Below are positions 24,243 through 35,853 of a stretch of DNA of 44,691 bases, one piece after another. The position numbers were made by a program, and so were the translations under genes. The stretch is from Spirogloea muscicola (lineage: Eukaryota), in NCBI GenBank assembly GCA_009602725.1, contig WELB01000022.1, positions 659,632 to 704,322 on the forward strand, read 5' to 3'. How positions within the stretch are numbered: the stretch's first letter is position 1; each line of letters begins with the position of its first letter. The notes under the pieces are model-generated. The model did no database searches. It was given only the letters and a program-made list of their open reading frames with translations, and was not told the DNA's origin.

Positions 24243-26006
24243 GCGCCGTCCCGTCTCGGCGGCGCTTCTCCTCCGGGCTCTCGCGACGGCGGCGGCGTCC
24301 GCCATGTCCACTACTTCGGGTCGTCGCCGCCGGGCAAGCCCGCCGCCACGGCGCCGACGTCGCCACCATGGCCGGCGCGGCCGCAGCAGCCCCTCCTCCA
24401 CCAGCAGGCGGCGGCCGCCGGGCAGCTGCAGCGGCTGCAGGCGCCTCCCGGCAGCCCGGGGGCCGCCAAGCTGCCCCAGCACGCTCTCGCCGGCTTCCGG
24501 ATGGCGGCCCGGCCTTCCTTCACCAAGGTGAGAGCCGCGCCAGCTGCACTACTGATGCCTCGGCCTTGGTAATAAACAACATAAGTATTAAAACTCTTAA
24601 GCAAATGGGCAATCAACCTGTGAACCAACTTAGGGACTCGTTGTAATCATCCCATTAGCAGGCCTCACAGGTAGCAGTGCATATGTTGTCTGCAGTCCCC
24701 TGGCAGAGTGTCAGCTTACGGAGCGAGTGTCCAATACGGCGAGGCTTCAAGGTAATACCTTGCAGCAGCATCACCCAAAAACTGCTGCTTCAATGTTCCG
24801 CCGGCTGTACCAGTAAGCCTAAGCAAAATCTGCCAGACAAAGGAGTCATGACCTTACAGTGGAGATCTATTGCTCTATGGCAGGCCAAAGGATGCAGACG
24901 ATCAATATGTGGTTGTGGTCTGCGACAGGCGGGTCTGCACAAGACCTCCCTTTTGCTTGACATGGGTCAAAGCTGAGGCACATTTGGCGATCGTCTGGTT
25001 CAGATTCCTTGCTTGTAGGATGTTGTTAAGGTCGTGATGACTGTAATGCTTCCACGGGTTTGTCAGCTGCACTTGCAAAGTTGCAGGCATATGCGCTCAG
25101 TGTTCTGGCTAGCTGTGCGTGTTTGCTTTCTCTTACTGTTCAGGTCAGGTTAGCATCCGAGCACGACCCAAGCTCCCTATACGACCTGTGCCGAAGATGG
25201 ATGAGGAACGACGCTGCACCGCGGCAAGGAGCCGTATGGACCCAAACCTCACACAACCCCCCCTTCAAAAACACAAAGAGCAGGCTTTGCCAGGCGCTCT
25301 TGACAGGAACACAGGGACTTGCTAGAAGTCTTCTCTTCTGCTGCATGTTCTTCACCCCTGAGTATGATTGGCTATATGTGCAGACTGGGTTTGCTTCTTG
25401 AGCATAATCGTAACATTGACATCTGAATGCCTGCTGACTTGCAGAGCATGCTAAGGGGTAGCCCTATGGCGCTGCCCAAGCCTTTGTCGATGGAGGACGA
25501 GCCTGACGATGCTCTGGAGCTTGGAAAAGCTGGCAGCTCCGATTCTTCCAGTCAGGTCTCCTATTCGCTTGTGCACGTGTTGTATTGAGTTGAATGGAAA
25601 ACAATGTTTGACTAGCTTTGCTTGATGGGTTCCACGCTCCCTCTCGTGATGCGCTATCCTTGTGTGTTTGGCAGCTTCCAAAGCCAGTGGAGGACATGAG
25701 TCCTGCGGAGCTCTTGCTGCATCAGATTGCAGGATTTCAGGCCACTCGCAGAAGGTCAAAAAGCCCTATGCTGACTTGAATCATCTCACAAAGGTTCCAG
25801 AAACTGGTGGCTGCATCATATCAAACAGCTGAGGAGCCTGGAGCAGCGGCTTGGTAAGATTCTTTGTGAGGCTTCCTCCCTGATCTGCTAAGAGATTGGT
25901 GTGCAGGTGTAAGGAGGAGCGAGCGAGGAGGATAGCGCGGTACCGCGTGCGGCTTGCTTCGCTGTTGCCGTCGGCCGTGGAGGGCCAGATGGCAGACGAC
26001 AGGTAG
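24243..26006 (+). CDS. LIN37: LIN37 homologue (MuvB/DREAM complex subunit), start uncertain (N at 24242)
   Basis: Exons ~24243-24527, 24696-24751, 24884-24932, 25144-25233, 25445-25555, 25675-25754, 25907-26006. A Pro-rich N-terminus precedes RRVRL..SLYDLCRRWMRN, LPKP, MSPAELL and EERARRIARYRVRLASLLP, the LIN37 signature order. Confidence 0.85.
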
Positions 26007-26489
26007 CCTTGAGGCACTGCATTCCGGGTAGCTAGGGCTCCCGATTGCACAGGTGCTGCTAGTAACTACTCTTGCAGTTGCGACTGCAAGGCTCCTCCCT
26101 CCTTTCAGGCGAAGCATTGTGGAGGTGACTGGGCGAAGCCCTCTTATACCTTTCACAATGGCCCTTTGATGATTTCGCCTTGGCTGGTCCTGGCGCGTGG
26201 GACTGGTCGTGGAGCAATTTCGATGCGGGTGGAAGCCTTGCCGCACGGAGAAGTGCCGCTGGGCTGACCGCATGCACAGCCACCACCTTCACCCCAGTGG
26301 GCCGTTACTGTCTCGGTCGTCACTTTCCTCGCTCGGGCCGACCTGGCTTTCATGCTCCCTGTTGCATCTTTGGGGCTCGCAGTCCCAGCGCCAGCCCCAC
26401 TGAGGCTAGCCTTTGACAACCATCGCCACTTCTCTGAAAGGGACTCTCTCTATAGTCTGCATTGCCCCCAAAGCTCTTGCAAAGGGCCC

Positions 26490-26940
26490 GAGGGCTGTGA
26501 AAAGCCAAGCCCACAACAGACTGAACAAGGTCCAGAGGAGCCAGACAGCGTAGAGACCATCAAAAGAGAGAAGAAGCTCTATCAACAGGGGCGAGGGCTG
26601 TGACAAACCAGTCCACAACATTCATGAGCAAAGTCCAATGGAGCCGGAAAACGTAAAGAAGACCACCAAGGGAAGAGCCGTTTCCTTCTTCAAAGTGTCC
26701 GGGAAGTGCCCAAACAAACATGACCACATATATAAAGGATGGTCGTTCAGGAACCTCTAGTCTTGAGTACCTTTCTCGCGTAGAAGAAGCTCTTCCATTG
26801 TAAGGCAATGACTGTGAGAGGCCAGCCCAAAGGGAAAGTACGATGTCTGAAAGGGGGAAGAAGCAAAGAGTACAAAACCACTCTCCGTGACTTCTGCGAG
26901 TGGCGGTCCATGGCCCACGCCTTGCATCTGCGTACTGGCC
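26490..26940 (+). repeat. Cluster of three copies of the dispersed repeat core; probable degenerate transposon relic
   Basis: gggctgtgaaaagccaagccc (~26492), gggctgtgacaaaccagtcc (~26595) and tgtaaggcaatgactgtgagaggccagcccaaagg (26799-26833). An internal TATATAAA lies at ~26729. Confidence 0.65.
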
Positions 26941-28172
26941 GAGCTCTAGCTGCAGCCTCTGGCTTTCGTGAAGGGGCTGCTTTCCGGCGTCTACTTGCGG
27001 CTGCTGACTAGAGGTTACTATGTGTCCATCCTTCGTGATACTTGCTTAATCGTGTTCATGCGTTCCGCTCAATAACCTTTAGTCTGCAAGTGCAGGTTAT
27101 GTTAAGTAGACGGCGGAAACGCGTCGCCCTATCGGAACCAGGAGGCAGCATCCAAGGCGCAGCCAGCCCGCAAGTGGACAGCAAATGCCAGAAAAGTGGC
27201 AAGCGGCACCCCATGGATTCCTCGCGGTCCAGGTTTGGAAGATCCGTCAACCGGACCAACGGCCTGCTAGCCGTCCGATGCAAATTTTTCCGATCAGAGC
27301 CGTCCAAGTTGGGCCTTGTGTCCGCTCGCCACAGATTAAGCCGCGGCGCCGGTCAACGCGGTGCATGCCACGTGTGCCGTGTCGCTGGTCATCACATGAG
27401 CGCCAAGTGGCGGGCAGTTGGCTCCTGCCGCAGGGGGAGCCTCCCGCGCTGCTCCTCCCGCCCTGATTCATCTTTTTAACGCCTGAACTTTTATCCTTTC
27501 ACTCACTAATGAGATCTGTTTGGCGCTGACCCGTGATTCCAGATCGGGTCAGCTGAGCAGGCAGGCGATGTACATCCGTGATGAGCTAGCTTGTCTTTTC
27601 TACTTGGCCACTCAGTTCCCTCATCAGTCAATACATGTCTTCTTTCCTCCGGCTGGCGACTCATGCGAGCAGAGGGTGGGTTACACACGACTTGCTCTGG
27701 GAACCTTCGGCGCAACAAGGGAGAAAGCGGGACTTGGCCCATTGTGCTGCATGCGTTGGCATCAGCTTAGCGTTGTTCTGTGTGGGTTCAGAGATAAACT
27801 TGGATCCCACAGATAACCTCGATCCTACAGCTTGTGTGGGCGCCAATATGCAAGAAGTAGGCGAAGATGAGCGCAGTGCTGCCAGCCAAGCGGGGGCACC
27901 GGCATGGACTACACGACAGCTACCTGAGATACTGAGCTACATTGCAATGGCCACTGGCACATGGCCGGCGAAAGAGAAGGGAGAGCCTCGCCCCTCGGAG
28001 CAGGTCGAGCAGCGGCGTTGTGCACGCTGGCGCCATATAATTGCTGGCGCTGGACGGGGCTCTGCCTTCTCTCAGCCGTAACCACGCCTGTCGTTGGCGA
28101 CTTCGCCCCAGCACTACCCTGAATTGACGACATTCCGCTCTTGCATGGTCGCGACGCCGGCAGCGCTGAGAA

Positions 28173-29106
28173 CTAGGGAACTGGCGGCCAGGGGAACGGG
28201 GACGACCCGCGGCTGGAGTCGCCGAAGGTGCCATGGTGGGGCTCGCTGCCGCTGCCGCTGCCGTTGGGGGACTGAGGCACTGTGGCAGCATTGAGATGGA
28301 AGGAGAGCCCCGCGGCGGCAGCAACAGCAACGGCGTAAGTCCCAGAAGCGAAGGTGAATGGCAGGCTGGGGAGGCGGCGCAGGCGGTCCAGCGCCGCCGC
28401 CGAGGACGGCGACGGCAGCGGCGACGAGTTGGGCTCCAGCACCAGCGGCACGGGGTCGTAGCAGATGGGCGGCGGCGGGCGGCCGGCGGCGCGGGCAGCC
28501 GCCGCCGCGNNNNNNNNNNNNNNNNNNNNNNNNNNNNNNNNNNNNNNNNNNNNNNNNNNNNNNNNNNNNNNNNNNNNNNNNNNNNNNNNNNNNNNNNNNN
28601 NNNNNNNNNNNNNNNNNNNNNNNNNNNNNNNNNNNNNNNNNNNNNNNNNNNNNNNNNNNNNNNNNNNNNNNNNNNNNNNNNNNNNNNNNNNNNNNNNNNN
28701 NNNNNNNNNNNNNNNNNNNNNNNNNNNNNNNNNNNNNNNNNNNNNNNNNNNNNNNNNNNNNNNNNNNNNNNNNNNNNNNNNNNNNNNNNNNNNNNNNNNN
28801 NNNNNNNNNNNNNNNNNNNNNNNNNNNNNNNNNNNNNNNNNNNNNNNNNNNNNNNNNNNNNNNNNNNNNNNNNNNNNNNNNNNNNNNNNNNNNNNNNNNN
28901 NNNNNNNNNNNNNNNNNNNNNNNNNNNNNNNNNNNNNNNNNNNNNNNNNNNNNNNNNNNNNNNNNNNNNNNNNNNNNNNNNNNNNNNNNNNNNNNNNNNN
29001 NNNNNNNNNNNNNNNNNNNNNNNNNNNNNNNNNNNNNNNNNNNCGGCTGGCCGCCGCCCGTGGGGGCGGGCAGCTGGGCGCGGGGGCGCGGCGCGGCGGC
29101 CGCCAT
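28173..29106 (-). CDS. Putative unidentified gene spanning the N gap
   Basis: TATATAA on the minus strand at 29140-29134 and an ATG at 29106. After the gap an open GC-rich frame reads ...PICYDPVPLVLEP...LDRLRRLPSLPFTFASG...PFPWPPVP* ending at 28173. No family recognised, and the frame across the gap cannot be verified. Confidence 0.4.
28510..29043. other. Assembly gap (534 N)
   Basis: Run of N flanked by extremely GC-rich sequence. Confidence 0.99.
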
Positions 29107-29133
29107 GAAATGAATGAATGCGGCCGCTGATGC

Positions 29134-29840
29134 TTATATAGCTGCTGTGAAAGCCGGCCAGGTGCATAGAGGGTATTCAGTGACCAAATTGGCGGAGCCA
29201 CATGGCGGGAAGGGGGAACTGAGGAGGGGAGGGAAGGCAAACAGCCGCGTGGGGCGGGGCGGGGAGGGGGCCGTACGGTCCCGTGGCGTACGGCCACGCC
29301 CGCCCAAGCGGGCCACCGCGTCGGCTCGCCGCGCGGCGCGGGACGGCGGGACTTGCTCCCCGCCGTTAGTGCGCCGTTTGCGCAACGGGGAAGGGCCCGC
29401 GCGCCGATCCGATTCTCGTGGAGGTCGGATTCTTCTCCTCGGGGGCCCGCTTGACGGGGGCCCGCTTGACGGCGGGGGCCCCCCGGCTTGACGGCGGCCG
29501 GCTCCCTTCCCCGACCGGCTCCCCGCGCCGCCGGCGGGCCCGGCGCTTGCGGCGAAAGGCCGCGCAGGTGCCCGCAGAGGACTCTCGTCTCCCCCTCCCC
29601 CCAGCCGGGACAGCGACACCCTGAACCCCCTCCCCTCTGGTCACCGCGGCGTCCTCTCCGGGCCCCGTCAACGCGGCGCGCCGCGCCAGGACGCGCAGCC
29701 CGCGGCCAAGCCGGCCCACGTGCGACGCGGCGCACGCGCTTGTGAACCTCAAGGACTGACGTCACCTGAGCGGGCGCGGCCAAAGCTTCACTGCCGTCAC
29801 ACCGGACTGGGCGGCAGGGGCGCGTCCCTTAACGGCCTGC
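29134..29840 (-). promoter_or_regulatory. GC-rich promoter with TATA box and clustered TGACG / RACGG / G-box motifs
   Basis: TATA at 29134-29140; TTGACGG at 29451, 29466, 29488 and inverted at 29665; TGACGTCA at 29757; CACGTG at 29717; AACGG/CCGTT at 29363, 29374, 29384 and 29831. Confidence 0.5.
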
Positions 29841-30231
29841 TTAGCCATTAGTTGCCGGGTCGCGGCCGATAGCCCCGTCCGAGGGTTCGGGAGGGGGGCG
29901 GGCGCGAAGCCCGCGGCGTGTCACCGGCAACTTGTCGCTACGGGAATAGCGCGGGCTGCGGTACGACGTCGCCTCCCTGAGGTTTCACCGTGTCCGCGCC
30001 AGCAAGGGCCCTGCTGGCCCGACCACCCCCCAGAGTCCGCCTGAGGCGCCGCAGAGTCAACATCCCACCGCCAGCTGGCCCCGCACGCGGTGCGCTAGCA
30101 GGCGGGGGCGGAGACGAGGCGGAGGGCTCGCCCATTGAGGAGAGGCGCGTTGGCGCTTCCCCTTGTTGGCCCCTTAGCCTTTGTCGAGGGAAGAACCTGT
30201 GACGAGGCTCGACGGCTCGACGGCTATCTCA

Positions 30232-30396
<165 letters not shown>

Positions 30397-30439
30397 TTAG
30401 CCAGCCCATTACCCCGTTACCAGGACACTAGTAAGGCTA

Positions 30440-30870
30440 CTTATTGGCCTCCCTTCCACTTTCGTGCACACCGCGCGCCTTCTTCTCTTTTCCTGGGCTG
30501 GCCTCTCCCAGCCACCGCCCTCTCGTGGAACCATCTCTCGTTCTTCCGCGTGGGCTGGCCGGGGGGCCGAGATGGAAACTGGAAAGACCACGCTTTCCAT
30601 TGCCGTTTGTTCACTCCTTTCTCCTCTGCGCACTCGTCTTTCTGGGCCAATCACATCGCCCTCTACGGGGATTGTATATCCCCGTGGGCTGGCCTCTCAC
30701 AGCCATTGCGTTACGTGCAAAGTCGAGCTGTTTATTTCTCCCAGAAGTGAGCCGATGGCCATGAAAGGCCAGCCCATAAAGGACGGTCGAGGGCAGAAGG
30801 GGGCTGGAGACAGCAAAACCACATATCTATGCAAGTGGCTCGGCGATTGGGTGCTCCATAATCCCTAGTC
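30440..30870. repeat. Three copies of the dispersed repeat core, two forming a local inverted repeat
   Basis: gggctggcctctcccagcc (~30495), tgggctggcctctcacagccattg (~30685-30708) and the oppositely oriented atggccatgaaaggccagccca (~30755-30776). Confidence 0.7.
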
Positions 30871-31412
30871 AGCAGCCGCAAGTCAGAGTAGCTTGCAGAA
30901 GAAGATGCGCGCAGTGGGCATGGAATGGCTGGAGGCCATTTAAAGCCAATCCGCTGGTCTGACAGGATGGGCCTACATGCAGGGGAGCCCTATGCTAAGG
31001 GGTCTGGAGGTGAGTGTGCGAAAGCCAGCCGAAGGAGGACTCCAGTATCCACGAGCGAGTACATGGAAGACCGACAAGGCAACTTGGGAAGCCGGACACC
31101 ACTACGGAAGTCAGTGGCCGGGCTTTGTGGGCTCAGCACACTGATGACTAGCCAAAGCTTGGGAGCGCTGCAAGCATAGCAATAGCCGCACTCTTTCACA
31201 AACAACTAACGCCTGCAGCGCGCGCCTACGCAAAGCACAGCTCGAGTCTGGCATGCAGGCGTGCACTCTGAGCAGGCCTTCCGCAGCTGCTTCCTGTTCT
31301 GACAAGCGCGGTTTGACAGGGAAGGGCCAGAAGGTGACCAGACATGCCACTTCGCCGTGGATGCAAAGCAAATGTATGTACAATGTTCGATACACCAGGC
31401 TACATAGCACGC

Positions 31413-34400
31413 TCAGTCAGCGGTTAAGAAGCTTCGGACGTTCAGCAACACCCCTTTGTTGTAAGGATTCTTGAATGTCTTAAGAGAAAATGGACGACCT
31501 GCCACATTACAGCACTGTACTTAGGGGAGGCATCCGTGAAGATGGCACGATGGAGCTAGATTTAAATGGATGGACTGCTCAAAACATACCTGGTCTTGGC
31601 AGGCCCTCGGTGTAGAACTCTGGGTGCTTCTCCCAGTGTACCTGTACAGGTCATTGACTGCATGAGCCTTCACTGCTATGAATGTCATTGGTTGCGCAGA
31701 ATACCTGCAGTGAAGCATCAGTCCTGCTGAGTCCTGTTGAGTCAAGGGCAAAGTGAGGCTGTGAGCATACAGACGGTGGATTTTCGGAGTTGATAACATT
31801 CGTAGGACAAAGCTGGCCCCCACACTCACCCATTCATGCGTGGTCAGATTAACCAGCACAAGGTAGCAGTGCATGATCAGCAGCGGTACCTGTGCCACGG
31901 ATCGACTGCATGCACCAGTAAGCGCCCAAGAAAGGGCTAACCTTGTCATGGTACCCATGTGCATAGCAAATATTGACAGTGCTATTTACTGACAAGCTTC
32001 AGATTAGCAGGAGCTCCGAGGAGCTCCGAGCTCTGTAATATGAGCAGTGGAGGACTAGCCTACCTCCCATAATATCTGGATGAGTCCAAAGCAAGTCATG
32101 GACACCAACCAAGGTTCACTAATCAGGGCCTGCAAGAAAGCCACACATCGACTTCACTGAGAATGGCGTACAAATCTGTAGCCACTAACTGCCCTGTATT
32201 TGGTCAGGTCAAGTCTCCTGTATGAAATTTACGATATTGCAAGACACCCGTCCAAAGAATGATTGCTATTGTCAAGGCATGCTTGTAAAGCCAAGCAACA
32301 AGCACAAATTACACAGATTCGATATTGTGGCAATGCCATAGATCAGATAGGATAATTTCGGAGCTACTTGGTAGTGCATAGGAAAACCCTATCATGCTGT
32401 ACCAGACACAAAACAAATTTCGAGTGCTTACATGAGTAAAAGAAAGCCAGAGCTGCTCAACATCTCCCACTGCCAAGGTTTCAACACCAGCACATCAGAA
32501 TAGCACTCATTAGAAGGGCAATAATAAACACCAACCAAAGTGACGAACTTGCACTGCGGCTCACCCGGCCCAAAGGACATGCGGTCTGCTGCGGACACGC
32601 CCATCAACTGCTTCTTCTTCATATCTGCAAGCACTCTGCTTAAAAGGTCAGACAGCTGCTGGTGCTTCACAAGAGCCTAGAGGCAGGGACCATTGAGAAA
32701 TTCAAACACTCATACTCATGCCTGCTATGGCAACAGCAGCAGTCAGTGACAGCATGCAAATGTAATTTCACGATGAAACAACTTTCTTAGGTGGATCTCA
32801 AAGTAACCCTGAAGATTCTGCTAGTCTGTAGTACTTACAATCCAACGAACAAGATGCAAAGGAGACCTGAGCACAGGCGAATGCTGCCAGCATGGCCAGA
32901 AATGATCGATGATTTCTACGACCTGATCCACAGGTGTCAAATATCAGGACAACAGAAATCCACTGAAAGGCTCAGACGCAGAGGCCAAGCAGAAGAATGG
33001 TATACAAGAGCTATCAGCCACAGAGCTCCTTCCAGCTTGAAAGGAGTGCTGTGACTGGTGAGGCCAGCAATACAAATGATGATCAGAAAAGTCAGAGAAG
33101 CACCTACACAGTTGGCGATGGCTGGGCAGTGGTGGTCGAAGCGCTCAGTGCAATGTTCGCACTTCCAGCAGTGCCAGGAGCGGAGCTTGAAGGGGGCCTG
33201 TTGGATAAGCAGCCAGTATACATTTCCGCCACGGTTTGAGAGGTCAACCAGGCAAAGGCGTGGTTCTGCACGATTTATCCGTGAACTTCAGTTTTCTTAT
33301 GGACAGCTTCACCAATCAAACAGGGTGCCATTGTCAAGATGATGAGAAGCATCGGACTGAGACCAGAGGCTTACTTGACACGCAGAGCAGTAAGTTGGCG
33401 GCGTATAATAATGCTGCTGGTAGTTAGGCCACTGCTGCGGAGGTGAATGCTCACTCGTTGACAGGGTAGGACCTGTCAAAGATTGGGGAGTCACCTCTGC
33501 AGCACCTCCTGGATCAGCCGACAAGTGAGGACCAAGCCCTGCCTCACAATCACTCGCCGCCGATTGACAGGCCTGCGTGACACAAAGTAAGCACCTCATC
33601 AACATTGGCAGACGAATTTATCAGACAAGCCAGCCCATGATAACTGTCGCCATTTGGCTGTGGTGTATCAAGCTACTGGTACTTAAAAGAGTCTTCAAAC
33701 TGGTACTAATAAGAGAGTTGTAAAATCAACCTGGCGAGACTCTCCAGCAACCAGGGATTCCAGCTCCGAAGAAGTCTTCGAATTGTTATGAAGTGCATCT
33801 GCATCTAATTTGCAGAGCTCCAAGTCAAGCTGCTTGGCTGGGGCCTTTTGCACCCTGCCAGGATCGCTGCGAAGTGCCCTGCATGACAGTGATCACCATC
33901 ACATCAGCCGGCTTTACACAAGGGCCGAAATGAGGAGCGCCCCCGGGTCATGTTGGGATTATGATGAGAAGGTGCAGTGGATATGGTCTGTAGGTACATC
34001 CAGTACTATCTGCTCAGATAATTATCCGCTGCCCAATGATCTCGAGCAATTTCTAAATCATGGCCGGAGGTAAACCTAATCAGTCTTCCTCTGAGTCGGT
34101 ACTACCATCACAGAGTAGTGGTCTGCTGACACCCTTTGAGATTAAGGTGACATGAACATTTACACTAACAAACCTGGCAAATGTCACGACGAGAGCAGCG
34201 GCACTGGTGCAGAAGACAACGGAGTTGGCCACGGCAACCTCTGCGAAGGATCAGAAATTCTTTGAGGAATGCACTCTTCTCAATGATGCCCAGAAAGCTT
34301 GCACCAAATCAAGTCATTAAGATTGTGGTGATTAGCATATCGCTCCTAGAATTGACTTGGGGGGACACAAAGTGGGTGGTAAGCTAATTACAATATCAGA

Positions 34401-35113
34401 GACCTTCTGGCATGTACCTCGGGCCAGGTGGACAGCGTAAGTGAGGACGTGGAGGGTGATCACGGCGGCGAGGAAGCTCGGCGGGAAGAGCGGCGCGAGG
34501 AGGCGCTGCCGGAGGAGCTTGAGGGACGCCACCCACGCTGCCAGCGGAAGAGCTGGCGCCCAAACACCGCGGCCAAAGGTAAGCAGGTTAGCGCCCACAT
34601 CATACATACCATTTGTAGGGACTCTTAAGTGTGTGTTTACAGAGTACAACCTCAAACCCCTTTGCCTTCTGTACTTAGCTAATCAGGCCTTCCATCCATC
34701 AATACATACTCCATCCTTTAAACCCGGTTACTGATGCCCTGAATCGGACCCCTAATCCTTTCCAAAACCCTCAATGCCTGCCCAGCCAAGCCGCCCCTGC
34801 CCTGAGACACCTCCGGGGCTCCGACGTGCCTGTTGCACGACGGCCAGAGCCCCAACTTGACCGACGACCCTGAGCGACGCTAAACCCTAAGCACGAGACT
34901 CCTAAACCCTAACCCTGAACCTTGATTCTGACGGCCTCAGCATCGAGCGGGTCCAGAGCTCATGGCCATTGAGCCGCCGTCGACGACGGCGGAGATCTCG
35001 GCTCCATGGCGCGCACCGACGAAGGCGAGGAGGTCCGGCAGGGAGCCCGCCGCCGCGGCGCGCACGGCGGCGCGCGCGACGAGGAAGATGCCCGGCGCCA
35101 CGANCGGCGGCAT
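31413..35113 (-). CDS. DHHC-type protein S-acyltransferase (palmitoyltransferase, PAT)
   Basis: Spliced peptides: hydrophobic TM segments, [52 protein letters not shown] (DHHC exon ~33104-33197), NLTTHEW (TTxE motif) and [15 protein letters not shown] (PaCCT-like). Stop at 31415-31413. Candidate ATG at 35113, with an N at 35104. Confidence 0.92.
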
Positions 35114-35319
35114 CGGCGGCGGCGGCGGCGCCGGCGGCGCCGGCGGCGGCAGCGGACCGTTGTAACAAACGAGCTCCTCGACCACCGCGTTGACGCGACG
35201 TCCGAGGTAAACACTGGTCTACACCACCTCCCTTGGGAGAAGTTCATTAGTTTACGGTTCTGATTTAAGGTGTTGGGAGATCTGCGGGGTTAAAGATACG
35301 GGCTGTCGAGTTCTGATCT

Positions 35320-35515
35320 GCACTTGCCAAGTAGAGGTCATTGAGCGCCCACTGACAGGAATCATGAAGACCAGCTTCCATGCTGTTTGCGCGCTTCGGC
35401 CCCTTCCAATCCTCGTACAATCCTTTGGGCTGGCCTCTCACAGCCATTGCCTTACATTAGAAGAGCCGGTACGATTAAGACTACATTAGAAGAGCCGTTT
35501 CGAGTAAGACTAGAA
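35320..35515 (-). repeat. Copy of the dispersed repeat, inverted relative to 26756-26940, with an internal 29-bp tandem duplication
   Basis: The reverse complement of 35422-35456 is tgtaaggcaatggctgtgagaggccagcccaaagg (1 mismatch to 26799-26833). Tandem units lie at 35453-35481 and 35482-35510. Confidence 0.75.
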
Positions 35516-35853
35516 CTCACACATAGGGTAGGGTTTCAGGGTCACAGGGCTCTGTTCTCAGTCGCCAAACCCATCTAGACCCAACTGCGGCGGCCAGCGT
35601 CGCCTGCCACTGACGTCCAGGCTGGTGCTGAGGCCGTGCCGAGCCTCGCCCTCTCCAGCACCGTGCCGCAGCTGTGCCGCTGCAGCCTGGAGGCGGCCGC
35701 TGTGTGCGAAGCCGAGCACGCTGAGCAATGCTCGAGAGATGTCGAACCGAGGTATGGTTGTGAACAAGATAATGACTTGCATTGTCAATTGGGTTTCCTA
35801 TCGTAGCAGATCCAAACCAGCTCCATTGATGCATGCTGTAGCGGCGCTGGCGT

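Noticed and set aside
26808..27011. Small ORF family MTVRGQPKG / MAVRGQPKG (35447-35265) / MAMKGQPIK as a peptide gene family
   Set aside because: Similarity is confined to the shared DNA repeat core and decays with indels. There is no sign of codon-level conservation.
27635..28081. 148-aa + strand ORF
   Set aside because: No recognisable domain and no convincing splice or start context.
28114..28509. HLRFWDLR WD40-like peptide in an alternative minus frame
   Set aside because: Isolated motif followed by a Cys run and low-complexity sequence; likely chance.
29451..29494. WRKY W-boxes or a canonical as-1 element
   Set aside because: The sites are TTGACG rather than TTGACY, and their spacing (15 and 22 bp) differs from the 12-bp as-1 spacing.
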